In this document: positions 32,662 through 43,233 of the stretch, piece by piece
Layout of the letters: the number at the start of each line of letters is the position of its first letter
Position numbering within the stretch: the stretch's first letter is position 1
Origin: Endomicrobiales bacterium
Lineage (GTDB): Bacteria > Elusimicrobiota > Endomicrobiia > Endomicrobiales > CAWCFT01
Reading direction: 5' to 3'
Length of the DNA stretch: 64,000 nt
Assembly (NCBI GenBank): GCA_963794945.1
Contig: CAWCFT010000005.1
Span: 51,970 to 115,969 of the forward strand
The notes under the pieces: generated by a model
What the model was told of the DNA's origin: nothing
What the model saw: only the letters and a program-made list of their open reading frames with translations
Databases searched by the model: none
Position numbers and translations under genes: made by a program

Positions 32662-34065
32662 TTATTGTACATTCTTAACGATCTCTATTTCTTTTAATGC
32701 TAAATACTTTCTAAAAATCATTGGCAAAACAATTAAAATATTAACTGTCTCATTTGCTATTAATGCATATGCCGAAGCAACAGGCCCAAATTTTGGCAAA
32801 AATAAAATATTAATCATGACAACGACAATGAGTTGAAAAGAATTGATTAGCCAATATATGCGGACCATGCCCAAGCTATACCCGATAATCCCTACCGGGC
32901 AAGCTAACAAAGCCAAACAATAACGAAAACATAACAATTGGCCTAGAATCACGCTACCTGAGTATTCTTTTCCGAATAAAAATGGTATCAATGACGGTGC
33001 GATAACTGCATATAAAATACCTGCGGAAACGGCAGCCAGACTGAAAGTAAACGTTTTGCGCAATAATTTCTTGATATCCTGCGCATTTACTGCACCTGAA
33101 GCTCTTGGCCATAAAGCGGTATTCAAACCACTAAGCAATATTGTCAGTGGAAGAGTAAACCTGGATGCAACTGAATATATGCCCACCTGGTCTTTTTTAA
33201 GATAATGTCCGATAAACCATACATCCGCCTGAACAACAAGCATTACAATAATTGTTGAAAGCACTTGGTAAAATGCAAAGTTACCCATGCTCTCTTTTTT
33301 TGACCGCAAACATTCCCTGACTCGTTTGCGGGACATTTAAAAAAGTTACTAATTAACAAGTTATCGCCTTTGCCAAAAAGTGTATTCTTGGGAATCATGA
33401 ACATAAAAATAGCCGCTCCGATAGCGGCCCCGAATATTGTTACAACCAGAACATTCAGTAAAGAGCAAACATGTAATAATGACACCATGAGAATCCCAGC
33501 AACCACCACTACTTTTTGTAACGAAATAACTGTTGCATTGACCCCAAATTTTCTAACTGATTGAAAATATATGGTCGGGATACCTCCAATAGTTAAGAAA
33601 ATCCCTATTACTAACCCCAACCATAGGTAAGGTGTTAATGTCTTGTCATGCAATACTTTACCTGCCAGCTGTGGCGACAAAGCAACAAATCCAATCGTTA
33701 CGATAAGCACAATGGCTATTCTCATCCTGAATGCCCAACGCAAGATTGCATTACGCCATTCTTGATTATTTTGAGATAATGCAAATGACGCATAATGAAT
33801 AGCGGTTTGCCCCAAACCTAAATCTGATATTGTTAAAGCAATAGCTGAAACACTCATTATGATGGCATATTTTCCCATTTCAGTTGCACCCAGAACCTCT
33901 TGCGATTAATATAGAAGCAACAAAACCCGTCGCAAGACTAACAAATTGTGGAATCATGGAAATGGCGACATCTTTAATTCCCTTTTCAGATGTTATCACC
34001 AGATTCCTTACCCGCAACAACAAACGTCCGATATCGTTACGACTAAAATAATTTTCATTCAACAC
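32662..34065 (-). CDS. wzx: Wzx-type oligosaccharide flippase; split by two frameshifts
   Basis: Three consecutive hydrophobic ORFs with SDLGL and VGIYSVA; junctions at CAGAAC 33891-33896 and the T7 run 33295-33301. Confidence 0.78.
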
Positions 34066-34099
34066 TTATCTCACCCTTGTTTAAGAATATCTAATACTT

Positions 34100-35353
34100 T
34101 CACGATTTAATAATCTTTATGCTTGGCAGCGGGAACAGCAATTTTCCCTTATTTTTAAGATAGTTCTGCTCTCTAGCAACAATATTTTCTTTAAAGTGCC
34201 AGGGTAAAACCATAAAATAATCAGGATTCATATCTTTCGCTTCTTTTTCGGAAATAATAGGTATCAATGTCCCGGGAGTATAGCTGCCAAACTTATCCTT
34301 GTTGACTTCAGCTATAAAAGGAATATCTTTCTTAGTAATGTTGCAAAACTGCAATATAACATTACCTTTAGTTGAAGCGCCATAGCCTAACACCAATTTC
34401 TTCTTCGAATTAATATTTTCAATATATTGGATTAAAGAATCCCTATGTTTATAAATTCGCCTTTTAAACGCTACGTAAGGCTTTAAAGAGTCAAGACCTT
34501 TCCTGCTCTCGCTGATAATAATGTTAGCTATTTTAGTGGTATTTTCTCGATATTGAGATTTTTCTTTTGCGACCATAACAGAAAAACTTCCTCCATTAAT
34601 CTGATTAAACTCAATGTCAATTATTTTAAATCCCACTACGTCAGCCATATATTTTATCTGTTTCAGTCTATAATATTCCAGATGTTCGTGGCAAATAGTG
34701 TCATAAGCGTTCATGGACAGCATGGTAGGCATATAACTCTGTTCAAAAACCCACACTCCATTATCATCCAATACATCGTATACTTCCCGCATAAACTCAA
34801 GCGCTTCAATATCATAAAACATAGAAATAGATGTAATTATTTTGGCTTTCTTATTCGCAAAAGCCTTCTTTACGGCTTTTGCAGAAAAGAATTCCGGCAA
34901 CAATGTAATGTGCTTTGGATAATACTCCCTAAACTTTGTCCCAGTGGGATCAATTCCAACAAGCTGATATCTGTTTTGAGGGTATGCCTGCAAAAGAGTG
35001 CTGTCATTACTTCCAATATCAACAACTAAATCACCTTCCAATAAGGAAACAATATCTAATATTCGATCAACTTTACCGTGCAAATGTTCAACCATTGAGA
35101 GATTAAGTCCGGATCTATACCCATAGTTTGCACCGTACATCTCGTTTAAATTATATGATTGCCCTAACTGCACTAGCCCACAGACGTTATCGTTACCATC
35201 AGAATGACATTTCAACAATTCTAAAGGCCCAATAGCATGTTTCTCATTTTTTGATTTTGGAAACACACCAGTTAAATACTGTGATCCTAAGTTAACAATT
35301 GAAATAAGTTTCTCATTTCCACAGATTCTGCATCTCGTAATATTTTTCATCAT
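34100..35353 (-). CDS. SAM-dependent NDP-sugar C-methyltransferase family protein
   Basis: CRIC..C zinc site, DIGSND, ICHEHLEYY, GYGASTKGN, LPWHF. Confidence 0.85.
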   Translation of the reverse strand: MMKNITRCRICGNEKLISIVNLGSQYLTGVFPKSKNEKHAIGPLELLKCHSDGNDNVCGLVQLGQSYNLNEMYGANYGYRSGLNLSMVEHLHGKVDRILDIVSLLEGDLVVDIGSNDSTLLQAYPQNRYQLVGIDPTGTKFREYYPKHITLLPEFFSAKAVKKAFANKKAKIITSISMFYDIEALEFMREVYDVLDDNGVWVFEQSYMPTMLSMNAYDTICHEHLEYYRLKQIKYMADVVGFKIIDIEFNQINGGSFSVMVAKEKSQYRENTTKIANIIISESRKGLDSLKPYVAFKRRIYKHRDSLIQYIENINSKKKLVLGYGASTKGNVILQFCNITKKDIPFIAEVNKDKFGSYTPGTLIPIISEKEAKDMNPDYFMVLPWHFKENIVAREQNYLKNKGKLLFPLPSIKIIKS

Positions 35354-35441
35354 CTTCTAGACCTCCGTCATTTATGTATTTTTTCTATTATCTCATTCTT
35401 ATAATTCGATATATTGATTACCTCATGCCTATCCCTTCTTC

Positions 35442-35984
35442 TTACCAGACAATTATGCCACTGTTGGATAGATATTCTATAAGGTTTATGTCTTCCCTGG
35501 CACCTGTCTTTTGAGATATGGTAGCCAGAATCGCATCACTTCGTGCTTTATCGTCTTGTTTTATTACACTGCATTTTATTCCATCAATATTCTTTATAAA
35601 CATCTCTGCGATATTGATTATCTCTCCGCTTCCTGATAGCTCGAAATTGTCGTAGCCTTTGCCTATCTTATCGCTGATAAGCTTATTTAATCCATCTCTG
35701 ACACCGGCGAGCATATTTATGGTCTTTAAAGTAAAATTGTAGGATTTTCTTGTTTTTTCGCTAAAACCTTTAGGTGTGAGCAGGTATTGGATCTTTTTCT
35801 GATTGAGTTGTTTAGCTTTAATATAGCCTTTCTTGATGAGGCTTTTAATGATGAGATTTGTGAGGCCAAGGGAAATACCGGTTCTTGTGGCAATAGCCCG
35901 CTGTCCTGGGAGATGATTGTTATGGATCTCTCTTATTACCGCTAATTCTTTTTCCGACATCTCTAATTGGTTATCAATAGCCAT
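35442..35984 (-). CDS. wHTH transcriptional regulator (MarR-like, EPS-associated type)
   Basis: QRAIA..TGISLGLTNLIIKSLIKKGYIK...YLLTPKGFSEK; ATG at 35984. Confidence 0.85.
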   Translation of the reverse strand: MAIDNQLEMSEKELAVIREIHNNHLPGQRAIATRTGISLGLTNLIIKSLIKKGYIKAKQLNQKKIQYLLTPKGFSEKTRKSYNFTLKTINMLAGVRDGLNKLISDKIGKGYDNFELSGSGEIINIAEMFIKNIDGIKCSVIKQDDKARSDAILATISQKTGAREDINLIEYLSNSGIIVW

Positions 35985-35998
35985 AAATGACCTTAAGG

Positions 35999-36043
35999 TG
36001 TTCAATTATTGAACATCTTATCTAATAGTAGGTTATTTGTCAA
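35999..36043 (-). promoter_or_regulatory. Sigma70 promoter with overlapping palindromic operator
   Basis: TTGACA (36043-36038)-17 bp-TAAGAT (36020-36015); palindrome TGTTCAAT-T-ATTGAACA at 35999-36015. Confidence 0.75.
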
Positions 36044-36050
36044 GCATTTT

Positions 36051-36994
36051 TTAAGTGTTAGGCAGGAATTTTCCGGAGCGGAAGAACTCGATTGTTTTGG
36101 TTAGCCCGTCTTCAAGTTTGACTTCTGGTTTCCAGTCAAGCTCGGTCCTTGCAATAGTAATATCAGGACGTCTTACTTTGGGGTCGTCTTGAGGAAGAGG
36201 TTTATGAATGATTTTCGATTTGCTGCCTGAAAGCCTTATAATGTGTTTTGCAAGTTCGTTCAATGTTATTTCATGAGGATTGCCAATATTAACTGGGCTA
36301 TTAATACCTGAAACAGCAGCTTATAGATTCCTCTTACGAGGTCTGAAACATAACAGAATGACCTAGTCTGTTTGCCAGAGCCAAAAACAGTCACAGGTTT
36401 GTTCTTGATTGCTTGAGCAATGAATTCAGGCACTGCCCTTCCGTCATGCCTTCTCATACGCGGGCCATAAGTATTGAATATTCTCAGTATTCTCACCTGC
36501 ATCTTGTGATATCTGTGATATGCCATGGTCATCGCTTCGGCAAAACGCTTAGCCTCATCATACACTCCTCGCGGGCCAATGGGATTAACATTTCCCCAGT
36601 AGGTTTCAGGCTGTGGGTTCACTAGGGGGTCGCCATATATCTCACTGGTTGAGGCGATCATAAACACTGCTTTTTTTTCTTTTGCCAGTCCCAACACTTT
36701 GTGAGTCCCTAATGCTCCTACCTTAAGGGTAGGTATGGGATGTTCAAGATAATCAAACGGGCTAGCCGGTGAAGCGAAATGCAATACCGCATCGAGTTTT
36801 CCCGGTACATGTATGAAATTAGTCACATCTTGTTTAATGAACTTGAACTTGCTGTTTCCGAAGAGATGTTCTATGTTTTTCAGATCGCCTGTGAGTAGAT
36901 TATCCATTACGATCACTTCATGCCCTTTAGCAATAAAATAATCGCACAAATGCGACCCTAAAAAACCTGCACCGCCCGTAATTAAAACTCTCAT
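36051..36994 (-). CDS. uxs: UDP-glucuronate decarboxylase (UDP-xylose synthase); one frameshift
   Basis: [48 protein letters not shown]; one missing T near 36311 restores PVNIGNPHE. Confidence 0.9.
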
Positions 36995-37039
36995 TAATAT
37001 CTCCGTTTAAAATCTATTCTATTAAGCTTATATAACACT

Positions 37040-38336
37040 CTACATCCTTCCAATGCACTTATAATCGATGTTAAGTTTTTTCATTTGCGACGGTTCGAAG
37101 AGATTTCTGCCATCGATTATTATAGGGTGTTTCAATAGTTTCTTTATCTTAGTTAGATCAAGTTCCTTGAATTCATTCCACTCTGTTAGTATAACAAGGC
37201 AGTCAGCTCCTTTTGCTGTGTCATAAGAATTTTTTTGATAACTTATATTTTTAAGCACTTGCTTTGCCTTTCCCATGCCAGCCGGGTCATATGCCTGGAT
37301 AAGCGCCCCATGCTCCTGAAGCTTCCCTATAATGTCTATCGAAGGGGCAAACCTCATGTCGTCAGTATCCGGCTTAAACGCAAGGCCCAGTATACCTATG
37401 GTTTTCCCCTTAAGGTTCCATACAGCATCTTCGATCTTTTTTACGAGTAAAAGCCTCTGTTGTTCATTGATCTCTTTCACTTCTTTCAGAAGTTTGAAAT
37501 CAAAACCCTGTTTTTTTGATATCCAATAAAAAGCCTCGAGGTCTTTAGGGAAACAAAAACCGCCAAAACCAATACCCGCATTAAGGAATGATTTCCCTAT
37601 GCGTTTGTCCATACCCATGCCTTCGGCAACTTTTGCCACGTCGGCGCCTGTTTTTTCACACAGGTTAGCCACGGCGTTGATATATGATATCTTCATTGCA
37701 AGGAAGGAGTTCGAAGCGTGTTTTATTATCTCGGCGCTTTTTATATCCGTAACCAACACGGGCGCCTTTATCGGTGAATATATTTCTTTTAGCAGATTCT
37801 CTGCCTTCTTTGTTTTTACGCCAATAACTATCCTGTCCGGATTGAACGTGTCATAAACCGCCGAACCCTCCCTGAGGAACTCGGGGTTCGACGCGACATC
37901 GAAATCTACGTTCTTTTTTATATTGCGCTTGATGGTCATTTCGACCCATTCACCCGTCTCGACTGGGACCGTAGATTTATCTACAATAAGCTTATAGCAG
38001 TCCATGCTCTCAGCAATGTCCCTGGCAACAGTTTCAACGTAGGACAGATCGGCAGAACCGTCATCACGCGGAGGTGTTCCGACAGCTATGAATATTATTT
38101 CAAACTTCTTCACCGCGTCCTTGAGCTCGCGAAGTGAATGATAAACGTTTATTTTTCGTATTTTTTCTTACTATCTCTTCGAGGCCAGGTTCGTATATAG
38201 GTATCTTGTTCTTCTTGAGAAGTGTTATCTTTGAGATATCATTATCTACGCACACTACCTTATGACCGAGCTCTGCCATGCAGGCTCCAGTCACCAACCC
38301 TACGTAGCCAGTACCGATTACGCATATATTTCTCAT
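37040..38336 (-). CDS. ugd: UDP-glucose 6-dehydrogenase; one frameshift near 38130
   Basis: [32 protein letters not shown]. Confidence 0.92.
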
Positions 38337-38348
38337 TTTTACCCCTTA

Positions 38349-39236
38349 TTACAGATTGTTATTTTCTGTTAAAAATTCTTTAACCGCTTCCTGCCACGGC
38401 CTTATAGGGTCAAATCCGCTTAACTGCCACACATAATTCTTCATAGCTGAAAATACAGGCCTCACGGCTGGTAGATTCAATTCACTGAGCTTGACTTTCT
38501 TTATCTTACCTGCCGGGAGATCCATCATTTTTGATATTTCCATAGCTATATCGTATCTTGAAGCAAAACCAGAATTGGTCAGATGGTATAGGCCGTATTT
38601 CCCCGAATCAATAAGTTTTGCTATCGCGAAAGCCAAGTCATTTACATAGGTCGGAGAACTTACCATGTCTTCCGCCATGTTGGCCGGTTTTCCTTCTTTC
38701 AAAGCATCTGCGATTTGTGTCACGAAATTCTTCCGTCTTGAACCGTAAAGCCATGATGTTCTTGTAATGTAATACTTATTTAAAAGGCTCTGCACATAGC
38801 GTTCACCTTCGTATTTCGATCTCGCGTATACGCTCAACGGGCACACGTCGTCAAACTCCGTGTAACCGTTGATTGAAGCTTTGGATGGTTTTCCGGAAAA
38901 CACATAATCGGTGGAAACATACAACATGGCGGCATCGAACCGCTGGCAGCAAACAGCAACATTCCGAGTCGCGACAGAATTAAGTTTATACGCCAGGTCG
39001 GGATCAGTTTCACATTTGTCGACATCGGTAAGCGCAACGGTGTGTATGACAACATCGGGGTTTATCTTTGTGATAGTTTTATTTGCAATTTCAAAATCTG
39101 TCAGGTCAATATTAAAGTTTCTAGAACCGCCGGACGGATTAACTATATCTATCCCGTATACCTCGTGTTTATCCTTCAAGGTACTGTACAACGCCGTGCC
39201 CAGCATCCCGTTAATACCGGTTATCAATACTTTCAT
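38349..39236 (-). CDS. rfbD: dTDP-4-dehydrorhamnose reductase
   Basis: GINGMLG, STDYVF, YARSK, RTSWLY, PTY. Confidence 0.92.
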   Translation of the reverse strand: MKVLITGINGMLGTALYSTLKDKHEVYGIDIVNPSGGSRNFNIDLTDFEIANKTITKINPDVVIHTVALTDVDKCETDPDLAYKLNSVATRNVAVCCQRFDAAMLYVSTDYVFSGKPSKASINGYTEFDDVCPLSVYARSKYEGERYVQSLLNKYYITRTSWLYGSRRKNFVTQIADALKEGKPANMAEDMVSSPTYVNDLAFAIAKLIDSGKYGLYHLTNSGFASRYDIAMEISKMMDLPAGKIKKVKLSELNLPAVRPVFSAMKNYVWQLSGFDPIRPWQEAVKEFLTENNNL

Positions 39237-39258
39237 AGTGGATTCAATTAAAGATTAA

Positions 39259-39664
39259 AAATTTGAAGATTTAAGATTAAAATCTGTTTGCCTTTAGATA
39301 TTTGATAAAACTTGATAGTTGTTTAGATATTGAGACAATATTGTTCAATGACGTCCGAAAATCTGATTCAGAAATATATCCTAAATCAAATGCCAAATAT
39401 AGCTGCGCTCTAACTTCACCAGCCGACCCTTTTGAATATTTAAGAAATATAACGAATTCTTTATTGTTTTCCCTTTCAAAACCTTCTGCTATATTTGATA
39501 GTATTGAAACAGATGACCTTTGTATTTGATCACGTAAGCCGTAATCCTTGCTAAATCTTGCCGTATTAGTGAAAGAATATATTTTCGCAACAAGCTTTCT
39601 CGCATCTATCCAAACAGGCAGGTCTTCGAATCTTTCAATTTTCATAATCTTAAATCTTAAATTT
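39259..39664. repeat. Inverted heptamer-repeat arms flanking the four-helix-bundle gene
   Basis: 39259-39279 AAATTTGAAGATTTAAGATTA versus reverse complement of 39645-39664 AAATTTAAGATTTAAGATTA: 20 paired bases and one bulge. Confidence 0.85.
39277..39645 (-). CDS. Four-helix-bundle protein (23S rRNA IVS protein / Avd-like family)
   Basis: FEDLPVW, LRDQIQRSSVSILSNIAEGFER, SKGSAGEVRAQL. Confidence 0.92.
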   Translation of the reverse strand: MKIERFEDLPVWIDARKLVAKIYSFTNTARFSKDYGLRDQIQRSSVSILSNIAEGFERENNKEFVIFLKYSKGSAGEVRAQLYLAFDLGYISESDFRTSLNNIVSISKQLSSFIKYLKANRF

Positions 39665-40658
39665 GCCTGTATTGCTTATTATAGTAACTGTGGAAATCCT
39701 TATCTTTGAGTTTTTTCCACCACCATTCGTTATTTATATACCATTCGACTGTCTGTCTTAGAAGCTGGGCGAAGTTTTTTGAAGGCTTGTAGCCGAGCTC
39801 TTTCTTTATCTTTGAGAAATCCAGCGAATAACGCCTGTCATGCCCGGGCCTGTCGGCCACTTTCTTAATTAGATCTTTGCCTTTTCCGGTGTATTTTAGT
39901 ATAAGCTCAGTAAGCTCGAGATTTGTTATCTCGTTACCGCCACCGATATTGTACACTTCTCCGATCCTGCCCTTATGTAAGGCCAGGCTTATGCCTTTGC
40001 AGTGATCCAGGACGTAAAGCCAGTCGCGGACATTCTTGCCGTCTCCATAGAGCGGAAGCTGTTTGTCTTCAATGGCATTAGTTACGAAAAGTGGTATGAC
40101 TTTTTCCGGGTACTGGTATGGGCCGAAATTGTTTGACGCGCGGGTTATGATCACTGGAACTTTATGGGTTACGTAATAAGAGCGGGCCAGCAAGTCTCCC
40201 CCCGCTTTTGAAGAGGAATAAGGACTGTTCGGTGATAAAGGCGACTTTTCGTTAAATGACCCTTTTCGGATGCTGCCGTAAACTTCGTCTGTAGATATCT
40301 GGACGTATCTTTGAGTACCATACTTCTTGGCTGCCTCAAGCAAGTTGTGCGTTCCGAAAACATCGGTCTCTATGAATGAGCCCGATTCCATTATGGAACG
40401 GTCAACATGAGTTTCTGCTGCAAAGTTGACTATGGCGTCCACCTGCGGCACAAGCTTATCAACTATCTTTTTATCACAGATATCACCTTTCACGAATTTA
40501 TGCCGTTTATTGTTGTTGAGATCCTTAAGGTTGTCAAGGTTTCCCGCGTAGGTCAGTTTGTCGAGGTTGATAACGCTGTGCTTCGGATAGGAAGTCAGTA
40601 TTTGCCTTATAAAATTAGATCCTATGAACCCGGCACCGCCGGTAACAAGAATTTTCAT
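39657..40658 (-). CDS. rfbB: dTDP-glucose 4,6-dehydratase
   Basis: DKLTYAGN, AAETHVDRSI, STDEVYG, DRPGHDRRY. Confidence 0.95.
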   Translation of the reverse strand: MKILVTGGAGFIGSNFIRQILTSYPKHSVINLDKLTYAGNLDNLKDLNNNKRHKFVKGDICDKKIVDKLVPQVDAIVNFAAETHVDRSIMESGSFIETDVFGTHNLLEAAKKYGTQRYVQISTDEVYGSIRKGSFNEKSPLSPNSPYSSSKAGGDLLARSYYVTHKVPVIITRASNNFGPYQYPEKVIPLFVTNAIEDKQLPLYGDGKNVRDWLYVLDHCKGISLALHKGRIGEVYNIGGGNEITNLELTELILKYTGKGKDLIKKVADRPGHDRRYSLDFSKIKKELGYKPSKNFAQLLRQTVEWYINNEWWWKKLKDKDFHSYYNKQYRQI

Positions 40659-40678
40659 ATCAATCTATTTCCTTTTTA

Positions 40679-41662
40679 TCAATCTACAAGAGCTATTTTA
40701 GAGGCCCATTTCTTGTTATCAAGGTACCACTCAACTGTTCTTTTCATACCTTCATCAAGGCTTACTTCTGGTTTCCAATTCAACAGTCTGCCTGCCTTAG
40801 ATATGTCGGCCCAGGTTGCTTTAATGTCGGATTTATTAAATGGTAAATATTTAATCTTTGCTTTTTTATTAAGGTATTTTTCGATCAGCTTTATCATGTA
40901 TATCAGTTCATAGGGCTTATTTCCGCCAAGATTAATTACCTCAAAACCGACTTTCTTTGTTGCCTTTATCGTGCCTCTTGCGATGTCATCAACGTAGGTA
41001 AAATCCCTGGTCTGTTTCCCATCGCCATAAACATCTATAGGCTTTCCGCTGTCAATCTGGCTAATGAACCTGAAAACGCTCATATCCGGCCTTCCCGCCG
41101 GACCGTACACCGTAAAATACCTGACTATCGTAACGTCAATAGCATACAAATAATGATACGCGTAACACATAACCTCCGCGCCTTTCTTTGAAGCCGCGTA
41201 GGGTGATATAGGGGTGTTGACTGCCAAAGCTTCCGAAAAAGGCATTTTTTGGCCCGCATAAAGCGAAGACGTCGAGGCCAGGACAAACTTCTCTATTTTG
41301 TGTTGTCTTGCGCATTCAAGCAGATTCAGCGTTCCCTGGGCGTTCGTGCTCATGTAAACGTCAGGGTTTATCATACTGTATCTTACGCCAGCTCGAGCCG
41401 CGAGGTTTATAATGGCACTGAACTTAAATCTCTTGAACACGCTTTTAAGAAACACTTTATTCTCAATGTCACCTTTAATGAAAATAAAATCTTTATTCCC
41501 CGCAAACTGCTCAAGCCTGTGTTTTTTAAGCCGGGTATCGTAATAAGAGTTTAGGTTGTCAATACAAACGACACCGTCGCCGTTATCAAGGAGTTTTTCT
41601 ACGGTCTTTGAGCCGATGAAACCGGCTCCGCCAGTCAAAAGATATTTTTGTTTCATTGCCAT
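40679..41662 (-). CDS. UDP-glucuronate 4-epimerase-like SDR
   Basis: LAARAGVRYS, SPYAASKK, RYFTVYGPAGRPDM. Confidence 0.87.
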   Translation of the reverse strand: MAMKQKYLLTGGAGFIGSKTVEKLLDNGDGVVCIDNLNSYYDTRLKKHRLEQFAGNKDFIFIKGDIENKVFLKSVFKRFKFSAIINLAARAGVRYSMINPDVYMSTNAQGTLNLLECARQHKIEKFVLASTSSLYAGQKMPFSEALAVNTPISPYAASKKGAEVMCYAYHYLYAIDVTIVRYFTVYGPAGRPDMSVFRFISQIDSGKPIDVYGDGKQTRDFTYVDDIARGTIKATKKVGFEVINLGGNKPYELIYMIKLIEKYLNKKAKIKYLPFNKSDIKATWADISKAGRLLNWKPEVSLDEGMKRTVEWYLDNKKWASKIALVD

Positions 41663-41663
41663 T

Positions 41664-42120
41664 TTAGCCGTCTATCCTTTCCCAATTGTAAGGGATCTTC
41701 TTCGTGTGCGCCGGCAGCCTGTATTCGTTCTGGTTTCTTATAATTGTATGTTTCTGTAGGCAAATTCATTATCAGTGCTTCCTGTTCTGAGATGCACTTA
41801 AAACCGTGATATACGTCCGGTGGTATCTGGATGAGTATTGGATTGTACTCACCCATGAACACTTCCATGACTTCGCCTTTTGTCTTTGAGCCAGATCTTA
41901 AATCATAAAGCACAACTTTCATCATGCCTTTTATACAGATGAAGGTGTCTGTCTGTATCTTGTGATAATGCCAAGCCTTAACCACGCCCGGGTACCCTGT
42001 GGTAAGGTATGCCTGCCCAAATTTTTTAAACTCAGGCCAGTCAGTCCTGAAAAGCTCCATTAGCCTGCCACGCTCGTCGCAGTGAAATTTAAGCTGTTTG
42101 ATGTTTACACCGCTTATCAT
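41664..42120 (-). CDS. rfbC: dTDP-4-dehydrorhamnose 3,5-epimerase-like cupin; 3' frameshift
   Basis: DERG, KAWHYH, VYHGF; correcting 41727-41732 gives ...KPDEYRLP...IPYNW...DG*. Confidence 0.8.
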
Positions 42121-42141
42121 TGTTTTCTCCGTTGAAGCGTT

Positions 42142-43203
42142 CTATATTATTTCAACTTTCGATGAGTCTCCCACCATGATGCGGTATGCGGCGGGTCTCT
42201 TCTCAGTTTTCTTTATGCTTACGTTCTGACCTATAAGCGAGTCTTCAAGGCGCTTTATATCCTTGATGCTGGAGTTCTCAAGAATTATAGAATGTTCTAT
42301 CTCGCTTTCAGATATATTGCAGTTGAAGTAAACCGAAGTGAACGGCCCGATATACGAATTAGTAACTTTAGTGTTCTCGCCGATTATGGCTGGGCCGCGT
42401 ATACAACTATTTACAATCTGGGCGCCTTTTTCGATCACGACGTTTCCTTCTATCTTGGACTCCTTATCTACAGACCCTGCTATTTCACATTTTTTTGTTT
42501 CCAGAATAAGGCGGTTCGCTTCCAGCATGTCTTCAAGTTTTCCCGTATCTTTCCACCAGCCCTGCACTATGTGAGGATGAACTGAATATTTATTGTCTAT
42601 AAGATATTGGATGGCGTCAGTGATCTCAAGCTCGCCGCGAGGCGAAGGTTTAATCGCATTTACCGCTTTGAATATATTCTTATCAAACATATAAACACCA
42701 ACGAGAGCCAGATCGCTCTGCGGTTGTTTGGGTTTTTCTTCAAGGTTGATCACCTTACCGTCTCTAAGCACCGCGACACCGAATTGTTGCGGATTGGGCA
42801 CTCTTGCAAGCAGGATCTGGGCATTAGGTTTGTTGTTCTTGAATTCCTTGACTATAGGCAGTATGCCGTCTTTAATCAGGTTATCCCCAAGGTACATCAC
42901 AAAATCTTCTCCGTCTATGAATTTTTCTGCGATTTTTACCGCATGCGCAAGACCCAAGGGCGCTTCCTGCTCGATATACTCAACCTGTATTCCCCATTTC
43001 GAACCGTTGCCCACTGTGTCTTTGATCTCTTTTTTAGTATCTCCGACGATAATGCCTACTTTCTTGATCCCAGCCTGGGCAATAGCCTCGATCCCATAGA
43101 AAAGAATGGGTTTATTAGCTATAGGGACAAGTTGTTTAGCCGATGTATGGGTAATTGGACGAAGGCGTGTACCCTTGCCTCCGGACAGAATAAGTGCTTT
43201 CAT
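42142..43203 (-). CDS. rfbA: Glucose-1-phosphate thymidylyltransferase (long form)
   Basis: GGKGTRLRPITHTSAKQL, YLGDN, RGELEITDA, WKDTG. Confidence 0.92.
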   Translation of the reverse strand: MKALILSGGKGTRLRPITHTSAKQLVPIANKPILFYGIEAIAQAGIKKVGIIVGDTKKEIKDTVGNGSKWGIQVEYIEQEAPLGLAHAVKIAEKFIDGEDFVMYLGDNLIKDGILPIVKEFKNNKPNAQILLARVPNPQQFGVAVLRDGKVINLEEKPKQPQSDLALVGVYMFDKNIFKAVNAIKPSPRGELEITDAIQYLIDNKYSVHPHIVQGWWKDTGKLEDMLEANRLILETKKCEIAGSVDKESKIEGNVVIEKGAQIVNSCIRGPAIIGENTKVTNSYIGPFTSVYFNCNISESEIEHSIILENSSIKDIKRLEDSLIGQNVSIKKTEKRPAAYRIMVGDSSKVEII

Positions 43204-43233
43204 TTTGCTCCAAATATGAGACTTGAGATCGTC

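Noticed and set aside
2071..33301. Phase variation at the T7 runs (2071-2077, 33295-33301)
   Set aside because: The runs are short and indistinguishable from homopolymer miscalls without reads.
39277..39645. Diversity-generating retroelement (Avd-like gene)
   Set aside because: No reverse transcriptase or template/variable repeat pair was seen in the window.
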